Source: Gemmatimonadota bacterium (GTDB lineage: Bacteria > Gemmatimonadota > Gemmatimonadetes > Palauibacterales > Palauibacteraceae). From it: a DNA stretch of 31,237 bases. Each line of letters opens with the position of its first letter. The stretch's first letter is position 1. The position numbers and the translations under genes were made by a program. Below are positions 16,078-23,824 of the stretch, in pieces. The notes below the pieces were generated by a model. The model made no database searches. It saw only the letters and a program-made list of their open reading frames with translations, and had not been told where the DNA came from. The stretch lies in assembly GCA_039588275.1 (NCBI GenBank), contig JBDHAC010000056.1, forward strand, positions 1-31,237. Direction: 5' to 3'.

Positions 16078-16931
16078 TCCCGACCCCGTTCGACTATGAA
16101 GTCGCGACCTCGCTCGAGCACGCGGTGTCGCTGCTCGCGGGCGGCGGCGAGGAGGCCAAGCTGCTCGCGGGTGGCCACTCGCTCCTCCCTTTGATGAAGC
16201 TGCGGCTCGCGCGGCCGACGGCGCTGGTGGACATCGGCGGGCTCGATGAGCTGCGTGAAGTGCGCGAACAAGGGGAAGCGATCGCGATCGGAGCCCTGAG
16301 CCGTCACCATGATCTCGAACGCTCGGAGCTTCTGCGCGAGGCCTGCCCCCTCCTGGCCCACGCTGCCGGCCAGATCGGTGACCCACAGGTGCGGCATCGC
16401 GGGACGATCGGCGGGTCCATCGCCCACGGTGACCCGGCGTCCGACCTCCCGGCCGTGCTGCTCGCGCTCGATGCCGAGCTCGTGATCCGAGGAGGCGACG
16501 GTGAGCGGAGGATCGCGGCTGCCGACTTCTTCCTCCGCCCGTTCGAGACCGCGCTGGAGCCCCACGAGATCTTGATCGAGGTACGCGTCCCGAGACTTCG
16601 CGAGACGTGTGGCTCGACCTATCTGAAGTTCGGACGCCGCGCGCAGGATTGGGCCATCGTAGGCGTGGCCGCGGTCGTGGAGCGCACCGACGGCCGGATC
16701 GAGAGAGCCGCGATCGGGCTCACCAACATGGGCCCGACGCCGGTGCGAGCTGCCGCCACCGAGGCGAGCCTCAGCGGGATCGAGACGGTGGACGAGTCCG
16801 CGATCTCGGCAGCGGCGAGCCGAGCGGCCGATGGGGCGGAGCCGCCTTTCGATACGTACGCGACCGCGGAATACAGGGCTGCCCTGGCCGAAGTGCTCGT
16901 TCGTCGAGCGGTGCGGGCCGCGCTCGTCTAG
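16074..16931 (+). CDS. coxM: Molybdenum hydroxylase FAD-binding medium subunit (CoxM/CutM-like), 285 aa
   Basis: ATG 16074 overlaps the coxL stop (ATGA), with a GGAGG RBS. Motifs MIPTPFDY, LAGGHSLLPLMKLR and QVRHRGTIGGS. Confidence 0.92.
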   Translation: MIPTPFDYEVATSLEHAVSLLAGGGEEAKLLAGGHSLLPLMKLRLARPTALVDIGGLDELREVREQGEAIAIGALSRHHDLERSELLREACPLLAHAAGQIGDPQVRHRGTIGGSIAHGDPASDLPAVLLALDAELVIRGGDGERRIAAADFFLRPFETALEPHEILIEVRVPRLRETCGSTYLKFGRRAQDWAIVGVAAVVERTDGRIERAAIGLTNMGPTPVRAAATEASLSGIETVDESAISAAASRAADGAEPPFDTYATAEYRAALAEVLVRRAVRAALV

Positions 16932-17120
16932 AGGACCGCGCCGTGTGGCGCCCTGTGGCATCTCTGCGACACCCCGGAGCGGGGACGGGCGGCCACGTCT
17001 GGCTGGAACTGCCTGAGCGGCCTACTATTTAGCATACGCCAGCCCGGTGCGTACCGATCTTGCGCCCGTGGCGTTGGTCCGTGTTGTTCATTGGCGTAAC
17101 GACTTCAGCAGGTCGCCCCG

Positions 17121-17840
17121 ATGCACGAACGACGTGGCGTCGATCTGGTTCGGCGTTTCTTCCTTCTCCTCGTCTCGATCGCGCTGGGAAGCAGCTGCTT
17201 CCTACCGCCCGATCCGCCCATCCTCGAAGATGAGAGGGAAAGGCGCGAGATGATCCGGGGCGCCTGGGACCCCCCGGCGGACACGGCCGAAGTTGGAGAC
17301 CCGCCGAAGAGGCGCGAGATGATCCGCGGTGCGTGGGATACCCCGGCGGGGACGGCCGAGGAGACGAACGGCGATAGGGCCGGTGAGGTCCGGGTGATCG
17401 CGCCGATCGAGTGGGACGCGGGTGAAGTGGTGATAGCCGGCCATTGGTCCGCACAGGTTCTGCCGGAAGGCTCGGAGGCCATGCCCGAAGTGTCGCTGTC
17501 CCTGTTCGACTCCGCCGCGGAAGGCGACGTGGTGGGCACCGCGACGTATGACTTCCCGGGTTACGCGTGTCATTACGCGCTCGTGCTCGAGAACGCCGTC
17601 GGCCCCGTGGTCGAGCTCAGCCAGCGTTGGGGGGTGGGTCCGTGTGCGGAAGCCGGTCGGATCGTCCTGGAGTGGGATGCCGATGACGACCTGCTCGGAG
17701 ACTGGCGTCATCCGAACGGCCGCCGCTGGTTTCAGGTCCGACTCACGCCGACCGCTCCGGCTGACGCGCAGATCGAGTCACAGGGGATGAGTCGCCCCGG
17801 TCCCGGGTGGCTGCCCAGCCCGAAGGGGGACCGGAACTAG
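17121..17840 (+). CDS. Hypothetical lipoprotein with an internal 23-aa tandem repeat
   Basis: Basic N-terminus, a hydrophobic core and a lipobox-like LGSSC. A beta-rich-looking C-terminal region has two Cys. Confidence 0.65.
   Translation: MHERRGVDLVRRFFLLLVSIALGSSCFLPPDPPILEDERERREMIRGAWDPPADTAEVGDPPKRREMIRGAWDTPAGTAEETNGDRAGEVRVIAPIEWDAGEVVIAGHWSAQVLPEGSEAMPEVSLSLFDSAAEGDVVGTATYDFPGYACHYALVLENAVGPVVELSQRWGVGPCAEAGRIVLEWDADDDLLGDWRHPNGRRWFQVRLTPTAPADAQIESQGMSRPGPGWLPSPKGDRN
17241..17360 (+). repeat. 69-bp-period tandem duplication within the lipoprotein gene
   Basis: AGGCGCGAGATGATCCG starts at both 17241 and 17310, encoding RREMIRGAWDPPADTAE and RREMIRGAWDTPAGTAE. Confidence 0.9.
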
Positions 17841-19438
17841 CTCCCCGTCGAGCGTCTCGGTCCCTCAGCGCTCCCCTCCCAATCGGGATCAGCGACCCCG
17901 ATCCACGTGCCGGCCACTGCATCGAACCCGATGGCGTGGATGCGTCCGAAGGAGCCTCGCCGGCGGGACGGCTCGACCTCGAAGCCCAGCTCCTGAAAGA
18001 CCCTCAGCTCGGCATCGCTCCACCCGTCTCCGGGCGCCGCCTCGATGGTGAGGTCCGACACGCCGGCGGACCCCGAAGCGGAGGAGGATGGGTGCACCCG
18101 AGGTGCCGCGATGGCGGCGGCGAGCCTCATACCGTCGTCGACGACGCGGCTCACGGCCTGGACGACCGCGGAGATGATGCGTCCGCCGCCCGCTGCGCCC
18201 AGGATCATGACGGGTCGCCCATCGAGCGCGACGTATAGGGGCGTGATCGATGAGCGGACGCGCTCGCCGGGCTCCACTCGGCCCAGGTAGCCACCGAGTG
18301 TCACGGCGTACAGGAAGCCGAGGCCCGACGTGGCGACCCTCGCACCCATGTCGGGTCCGACCGTTTGCGTGAGCGCGACCATCATCCCTTCCGCATCCGC
18401 GGTCGACAGGTGGGTCGTGTGGCCGTCGCGCGCGAGCCAATCCAACCTCTCCTTCATCCCGGGCGCCCGGGTCTCACCCCCGGGAACCGGTGCGCCGGCC
18501 CGAACCCGGCGAGCCTTGAGAGCCGCCCACTCCTTCGAGGTCACGCGCACCGCGGCGGAGTCCGTGCCCAGCGCAGACCGGTCGAGCGCGGCAAGACCTA
18601 CCGCCTGACCCAGCACCGCGGCCCACGCCTCGCGTCCCAGGTCGCTCGGATCGAAGCGCTCTGCGATGTGCAACGCCTGGATGGCGAGGGCACCGGACGC
18701 AGGCACATCCAAACCGACGACCTCGTAGCCTCGATAGGTGCCGCGAACCACCCGAGCCGGCAACGCCTCGTAGGCCGTCTCGGCGAGGTCCGCTTGGACC
18801 AGTCGGTCACCGGCCTGATACGGCCGGCCGTCGGCTCGAAGAAAGTATGTTCGTCCCCCCTCTGACTCGCCCAGTTGCTGCACCGCGCCGGCCTGTCGGC
18901 CGGCCTCGGCGGTGGTGAGGCGAAAGCCGTTCTCCGCGTAGTCGATGGCGGGGGCCATGACCTGAGGGAGGGGAAGCGAACCGTACTCGGCATGGAGGCG
19001 CAGCAGGCCGGCGGCGGCGCCCGGCACGCCGATCGTCGCGTAGCCGTGTGACGCGCGCGGTGCGGTATCGGGATCGTAGTCGGGGGGCACCTGAGTCGTG
19101 CCGTCGATCCCGTACACCTCGCCAAGAGGAGTCCGAATCAGGATCTGGTTGCGGCCCCCGATGCTGCTCATGCTCGGTTCGACCACCGCGATGGCGAATC
19201 CGGCCGCGACAGCGGCGTCCGCCGCGTTGCCGCCGAGCTCGAGCATGCGCCGCCCCGCCTGAGTAGCGAGAGGTTGCGCGGTGACTACCATCCCGTGCGG
19301 AGATCGCGCCACCTGGCGGACGCCCTGCGCCGCGAGGGGAAGGGGGGCCAGGAGGGCCCCGACCGCCCCCAGCGCGATGCCCACGGCCGTGACGGCCTGC
19401 CGGATCGGCTCCTTCCGGGTCGCGAGGCTGGAGCTCAC
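17837..19438 (-). CDS. ggt: Gamma-glutamyltransferase family (Ntn-hydrolase), exported; apparent in-frame internal deletion
   Basis: GTG 19438 overlaps the maf stop. Signal peptide, then GGNAADAAVA, VVEPSMSSIGG, IGVPG, PAIDYAENGF, catalytic Thr in GHTTHLS, GAAGGGRI and APRVH. The 788-aa ORF in the track is over-extended at its 5' end. Confidence 0.88.
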   Translation of the reverse strand: MSSSLATRKEPIRQAVTAVGIALGAVGALLAPLPLAAQGVRQVARSPHGMVVTAQPLATQAGRRMLELGGNAADAAVAAGFAIAVVEPSMSSIGGRNQILIRTPLGEVYGIDGTTQVPPDYDPDTAPRASHGYATIGVPGAAAGLLRLHAEYGSLPLPQVMAPAIDYAENGFRLTTAEAGRQAGAVQQLGESEGGRTYFLRADGRPYQAGDRLVQADLAETAYEALPARVVRGTYRGYEVVGLDVPASGALAIQALHIAERFDPSDLGREAWAAVLGQAVGLAALDRSALGTDSAAVRVTSKEWAALKARRVRAGAPVPGGETRAPGMKERLDWLARDGHTTHLSTADAEGMMVALTQTVGPDMGARVATSGLGFLYAVTLGGYLGRVEPGERVRSSITPLYVALDGRPVMILGAAGGGRIISAVVQAVSRVVDDGMRLAAAIAAPRVHPSSSASGSAGVSDLTIEAAPGDGWSDAELRVFQELGFEVEPSRRRGSFGRIHAIGFDAVAGTWIGVADPDWEGSAEGPRRSTGS

Positions 19439-20100
19439 GCCCCGCCGCTCCCCGCGCCGGACCGTGGCGCGAGAACGCCGAACGCGTACGTCCACCCGTG
19501 CTGCCACAGCAGCTCCAGAAAGCGCTGCACCGGGAAGCCCATCACATTGAAGAAGTCTCCCTCGATGGACTCCACGAGTGAGGCACCCAGTCCCTGGATG
19601 CCGTACGCACCGGCCTTGTCGAGCGGCTCTCCCGTCGCGACGTAGGCCTCGCACTCCCCGGCGCGCAGAGCCCGAAACCGGACGAGCGTGGTTTCGACCG
19701 CGCTGGTCATTCGATCCAGGTCGGCGAGCGCGATTCCCGTGTAGACCGTGTGCTCGTCCGCCGCGAGTCGACTCACCATCTCGATCGCGTCGCTCGGCCC
19801 AGCGGGCTTTCCGAGGATCTCGCCGCGGTGGGCGACGAGGGTGTCGAACCCGAGCGTGAGCGCTCCCGGCTCGATCCATACCGCGGCCTTGGCGCGCGCG
19901 AGACGCTCGGCCGCTGCGGCCGGTCCCTCCGCCGGGTCTCGCGATTCGTCGATCGGCGAGACGCGCACCTCGAACTCGAGTCCGAGTTGTCTGAGCACGT
20001 CCCGTCTCCGCGGCGAGCCGGACGCGAGTATGAGGCGTGGCGGATCGGACAGTGGGTCCTCCGGAGGCGGTGGAAGTCGCTCTCGGGCGGTCCCGAACAT
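19435..20100 (-). CDS. maf: Maf family nucleoside triphosphate pyrophosphatase (YhdE-like)
   Basis: LILASGSPRR, IDES, LARAKA, GFDTLV, ILGKP, DKAGAYGIQ and NVMGFP. The exact start is uncertain. Confidence 0.93.
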   Translation of the reverse strand: MFGTARERLPPPPEDPLSDPPRLILASGSPRRRDVLRQLGLEFEVRVSPIDESRDPAEGPAAAAERLARAKAAVWIEPGALTLGFDTLVAHRGEILGKPAGPSDAIEMVSRLAADEHTVYTGIALADLDRMTSAVETTLVRFRALRAGECEAYVATGEPLDKAGAYGIQGLGASLVESIEGDFFNVMGFPVQRFLELLWQHGWTYAFGVLAPRSGAGSGGA

Positions 20101-20196
20101 ACGAGACGGAAGCGCTCGCGGACACGTCGACGGCCCTCCGCCGCCATGCCCGGTCGAGCGCGGTTGCGCGGCTCGCGACTTTTGGGCGATACTGTG

Positions 20197-20226
20197 TTGA
20201 CAATCTAGTTAAACTGTTTGGCTAAT
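20197..20226 (+). promoter_or_regulatory. Promoter with overlapping candidate TetR operator for the RND operon
   Basis: TTGACA at 20197-20202 and a weak -10-like GCTAAT at 20221-20226. The imperfect inverted repeat TAGTTAAAC-T-GTTTGGCTA (20206-20224) spans the spacer, in an AT-rich patch. Confidence 0.65.
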
Positions 20227-20313
20227 CCCGAGCGTCCCCCGGAGCCCCGCGGTGGCGACCGCCACGTCCCCCGCGACGCGGGACGACGCTCCTGAGACGA
20301 TACGGCTAGCGTA

Positions 20314-21027
20314 ATGACGGCCGACACAACGATTTCCGGACCCTCCAGGCGGTCTGGTACGACGGCCCCGGACACCGAGCGACAGATCTTCGACGCCGCG
20401 CTCGAGGTCTTCTCCCGCAAGGGCAAGGATGGAGCCCGGATGCAGGAGATCGCCGACGCGGCCGGGATCAACCGCGCGCTCCTGCACTACTACTTCCGCA
20501 CCAAACAACAGCTCTACGAGACTTGCTTCGGGCACTGCTTCGAGCGCTTCATGCAGACGTTCGGCCAGTGGCTCTCCGACACCGACAGCTTCGCCGATAC
20601 CCTTCGGGCCTTCATCGACGGCTACATCGACTTCGTCCGCGAGCACCGCCAGGTGATGCGTCTGATGCTGAACGAAAACCTGTCGGGTGGAACCCTGCTG
20701 GGTGAGCACCTGGAGGCGGCGTTCCAGACCGAGGGCTTTCCGCAGCGGATCATGGAGGACCGGATCAGGGAGGCGGTCGCGCGCGCTGAAATCCGCGGGG
20801 TGGACCCCAAGCAGACGCTCCTCACGATCGTCTCGGCCTGCCTGTTCTTCTTCGTGACGCGCCCCACGGTGACGTACCTGAACCCCCTCGCCGCCGAGGA
20901 TTTCGACGCGTTCGTGGAGGAGCGCAGGCGGCACATCTTCGACATTCTGTACTACGGGTTGAGGTCGGGCGACGCGGATCAGAGCTCATCTCCAGCCGGG
21001 GCTGGTGGGGAAGGGGGTGACCGATGA
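20314..21027 (+). CDS. TetR/AcrR family regulator heading the RND efflux operon
   Basis: HTH motif IFDAALEVFSRKGKDGARMQEIADAAGINRALLHYYFRTKQQLY. Stop overlaps the next ATG. Confidence 0.93.
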   Translation: MTADTTISGPSRRSGTTAPDTERQIFDAALEVFSRKGKDGARMQEIADAAGINRALLHYYFRTKQQLYETCFGHCFERFMQTFGQWLSDTDSFADTLRAFIDGYIDFVREHRQVMRLMLNENLSGGTLLGEHLEAAFQTEGFPQRIMEDRIREAVARAEIRGVDPKQTLLTIVSACLFFFVTRPTVTYLNPLAAEDFDAFVEERRRHIFDILYYGLRSGDADQSSSPAGAGGEGGDR

Positions 21028-22535
21028 CGGGCGCGACGCGGCTCGGCCGATCCGGGAGCACGGCCCGGCTGATGGCCGCCGGCCTAGGCGTCCTGCTGGC
21101 TGGCGGCGCGTGCTCCTTCACACCTTCACCCGAGACCCCGGCGCCGGTCGCCGCGCTGCCGGACAGCTTTACTGCCGCAGAGGACACCGGGGAGTACGCC
21201 CCTCTGCGGTGGTGGGAGACGTTCGGCGATCCTACGCTCAACGCTGTCGTGGACTCGGCCCTCGTGGCGAACCTGGATTTGCGAGAGGCGATCGCGCGCG
21301 TGGAGGAGTTCCGCAATCGGTACCGGATCGCGGGGGCGGATCTCTTCCCGTCCATCGGCCTGAACGCCGGCGCCACCCGCCAGAGCACCCCGGCGAACAT
21401 CGGCATCGGCGGACAAATCACCGGCGGCGATGGGGCCGGGGCGCCAGCCGACACGACGGGCGGCCCGGGTGGGTTCGGCTTCTTCGGTGACCGCTTCGAC
21501 TTCACGACATACAGCGCGTCGCTCGATTTCGCGTACGAGCTCGACTTCTGGGGGCGTGCGAGGAACGACCGGAGCGCCGCGGTGCGCGATTTCCTCGCGA
21601 CCCGGGCGGACCTCGAGACCGCGAGGCTGGCGGTCATCGGAGCAGTGATCTCCACCTACTTCGAGGTCATCGGGCTTCGAGAGGAGGTCGAGCTCAGCGT
21701 CGAGAACGTGGGTCTCCTGCGCGAGCGGGCGGAGCTCACGGATGAGCGCTATCAACGCGGGCTCGTCTCGTCGTTCGAGCTGTATTCGGTTCGACAGCTG
21801 TATCGCAACGCGGAGGCGGCCCTCCCCGGACTCCGCACTGCGTTGTTCGAGGCGGAGGGCCGGCTTGCCGTCCTGGTCGGTCGCTACGCGGGCGACTTCA
21901 CGGTCGAGGGAGAACCGCGGCTCGACCTGTCCCCGATCCCCGCGCTTCTCCCCGCCGCGCTCCTCGAGGCCCGGCCCGACGTATGGGCGGCCGGGGAGCG
22001 CATGGAGGCTGCCCGCCACCGCGTGGGCGCGCGGCGCGCAGAGCTGCTTCCGACGCTGTCTCTGAACGGATCGGTAGGGCTTCAAGCCAGCGACCCGCAG
22101 GATCTGTTCGACGCCGACCAGTACTTCCTGAACCTGATCGGGAACTTGTTCGCGCCGTTGTTCCAGGGTGGGCGGTTGCGCGCGACCGTCGGCGTGGCTG
22201 AGGCGCAGTATCAGCAACTGGCGGCCTCCTACGCCCGCACGGTGTTGACGGCCTTCAAGGAGGCGCAGACCGCCCTGCGCGGGTTCGAGAACGAACGCCA
22301 ACGCCACGCGAGCGTGCTGGAGCGGCTCGCGGACGCCCAGGCATCGGCAAACTACCAGCTCCTGCGATACCAGCGGGGCGTGGGCGACTACGTGTCGTAT
22401 CTGGATGCTCGCACGAGCCTCGTCAGTGCCCAAACCATGATGGTGAGTGCGACCCGTGCGCTGGCGGAGGCGCGACTCGCCGTGCACCGGGCCCTCGGCG
22501 GGGCCTGGGTGATGGGAGAGGAGGAGCACCGATGA
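21024..22535 (+). CDS. RND efflux outer-membrane lipoprotein (OprM/NodT/TolC family)
   Basis: Lipobox-like LAGGAC. Motifs WWETFGDPTLN, ALVANLDL, YELDFWGR, LLEARPDV, PLFQGGRL and VHRALGGAW. Confidence 0.93.
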   Translation: MTGATRLGRSGSTARLMAAGLGVLLAGGACSFTPSPETPAPVAALPDSFTAAEDTGEYAPLRWWETFGDPTLNAVVDSALVANLDLREAIARVEEFRNRYRIAGADLFPSIGLNAGATRQSTPANIGIGGQITGGDGAGAPADTTGGPGGFGFFGDRFDFTTYSASLDFAYELDFWGRARNDRSAAVRDFLATRADLETARLAVIGAVISTYFEVIGLREEVELSVENVGLLRERAELTDERYQRGLVSSFELYSVRQLYRNAEAALPGLRTALFEAEGRLAVLVGRYAGDFTVEGEPRLDLSPIPALLPAALLEARPDVWAAGERMEAARHRVGARRAELLPTLSLNGSVGLQASDPQDLFDADQYFLNLIGNLFAPLFQGGRLRATVGVAEAQYQQLAASYARTVLTAFKEAQTALRGFENERQRHASVLERLADAQASANYQLLRYQRGVGDYVSYLDARTSLVSAQTMMVSATRALAEARLAVHRALGGAWVMGEEEHR

Positions 22536-23824
22536 ACCCGCTCGGGAGGTTGGCTGCGGCGTGGTCGAGACTCAGGCCGTGGCAGCAAGGGGCGCTGGTC
22601 ATCGGCCTCGGTGTGGTCTCGCTGGCTGCCCTGATCTTGCTCCGGCCTCGGCCGCCCCTCCAGCAGCCACCTCGGCAGGTTCCGACCGTGACGACCGTGC
22701 CTCTGGAGCTCAGATCCGGGCATCTGAGCGTGCGCGGCAACGGAACGGTGCGTCCGAGCGCCGAGATCACGCTCGCGTCCGAGGTGGCCGGGCGGGTCGT
22801 GTGGGTGTCTCCATCGCTCGTCAGCGGTGGTCGCTTCGACCGCGGCCAGGCACTGCTTCGCGTCGACCCCGCGGATTACGAGAATGCCGTGCGCGCCGCC
22901 CGCGCCGAAGTCGCGCAGCGTCAGGTAGAGGTGCTGCAGGCAGAGGAAGAGGTCGTGCTGGCGCGCGAGGAGTACGCCCGGTTGCAGCGCCGCACGGGAT
23001 CCGATTCGACCGCTGCCGGTGGCGAACAGAGCGCACTCCTGTTCCGCGAGCCGCAGCTCGATGCGGCCCGCGCGGCTCTAGAGCGCGCGGAGGCGGGGCT
23101 GGAGGACGCGAGCCTCCGTCTCGAGCGGACGCAGATCCGGGCGCCGTTCACGGGGAGCGTGCGAACCGAATCCGTCGACCGCGGGCAGTATCTCGCCCCC
23201 GGCCAGGCCGTTGCGCAGCTGTACGCGACGGATGCAGTCGAGATCCTCGTGCCCCTCAGCGATGATGACGCCGCGCTCATCCCCGACCTGTGGGATACGC
23301 GGGCCAGCGGCGGGGGGGCGTCGGTGCCGGTAGACGTGTACGCGGAGTACGGTGACCAGACGTACCACTGGCGCGGCGCCGTCGATCGGGCCGAGTCGGC
23401 GCTCGACGAGCTCACCCGCGCCGTCGATGTGGTGGTGAGAGTCGAAGGTCCGTTCGCGAGGAGCGTCGACTCTCCCCGGCGCCCGCCGCTGCTGCTGGGC
23501 ACGTACGCGACCGTCGACATCCGAGGCATCGAGCTGGATCCGTACGCGGTCATCCCGAGCTCGGCGGTTCGCGATGACGAGCGTATCTGGACGGTCGTGG
23601 ATGACTCCATCCTCGTCTTCGAGCCCATCCGGTTCATCCAGGAGGTCGAGGACTCGGCCTACGTGGTGGCCGAGCTGGAAGCGGGAGTCCAGGTGATCGT
23701 GAGCCCCCTCCCGTTCGCTACGAACGGGATGACGGTCCAAGTGGCGCAGCCCCTCGAGACCTCGTCGAGCACGCGCTCCGAGTCCACGCGCCGGATGGAG
23801 ACCACGCGGGAAGACGGCCGATGA
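22532..23824 (+). CDS. RND efflux periplasmic adaptor (membrane fusion protein)
   Basis: N-terminal TM anchor, lipoyl-like half motifs (EVAGRVV, IRAPFTG), a helical hairpin and VIPSSAV. ATGA overlaps on both sides. Confidence 0.92.
   Translation: MNPLGRLAAAWSRLRPWQQGALVIGLGVVSLAALILLRPRPPLQQPPRQVPTVTTVPLELRSGHLSVRGNGTVRPSAEITLASEVAGRVVWVSPSLVSGGRFDRGQALLRVDPADYENAVRAARAEVAQRQVEVLQAEEEVVLAREEYARLQRRTGSDSTAAGGEQSALLFREPQLDAARAALERAEAGLEDASLRLERTQIRAPFTGSVRTESVDRGQYLAPGQAVAQLYATDAVEILVPLSDDDAALIPDLWDTRASGGGASVPVDVYAEYGDQTYHWRGAVDRAESALDELTRAVDVVVRVEGPFARSVDSPRRPPLLLGTYATVDIRGIELDPYAVIPSSAVRDDERIWTVVDDSILVFEPIRFIQEVEDSAYVVAELEAGVQVIVSPLPFATNGMTVQVAQPLETSSSTRSESTRRMETTREDGR

Noticed and set aside
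17049..17064. Sigma54 promoter-like GCGTACCGATCTTGC upstream of the lipoprotein gene
   Set aside because: It has the -12 TTGC but CG instead of the invariant -24 GG.
19439..20203. Apparent 788-aa GGT with a long N-terminal extension, or a Maf-GGT fusion
   Set aside because: The extension is an Arg-rich off-frame reading of maf. A GTG overlapping the maf stop, followed by a signal peptide, gives a normal GGT start.
20230..20291. Multi-hairpin structure in the tetR-RND leader (GAGCGTC/GACGCTC enclosing GTGGCG-AC-CGCCAC)
   Set aside because: The stems are short in very GC-rich sequence and match no known RNA motif, so I cannot separate them from chance without comparative data.
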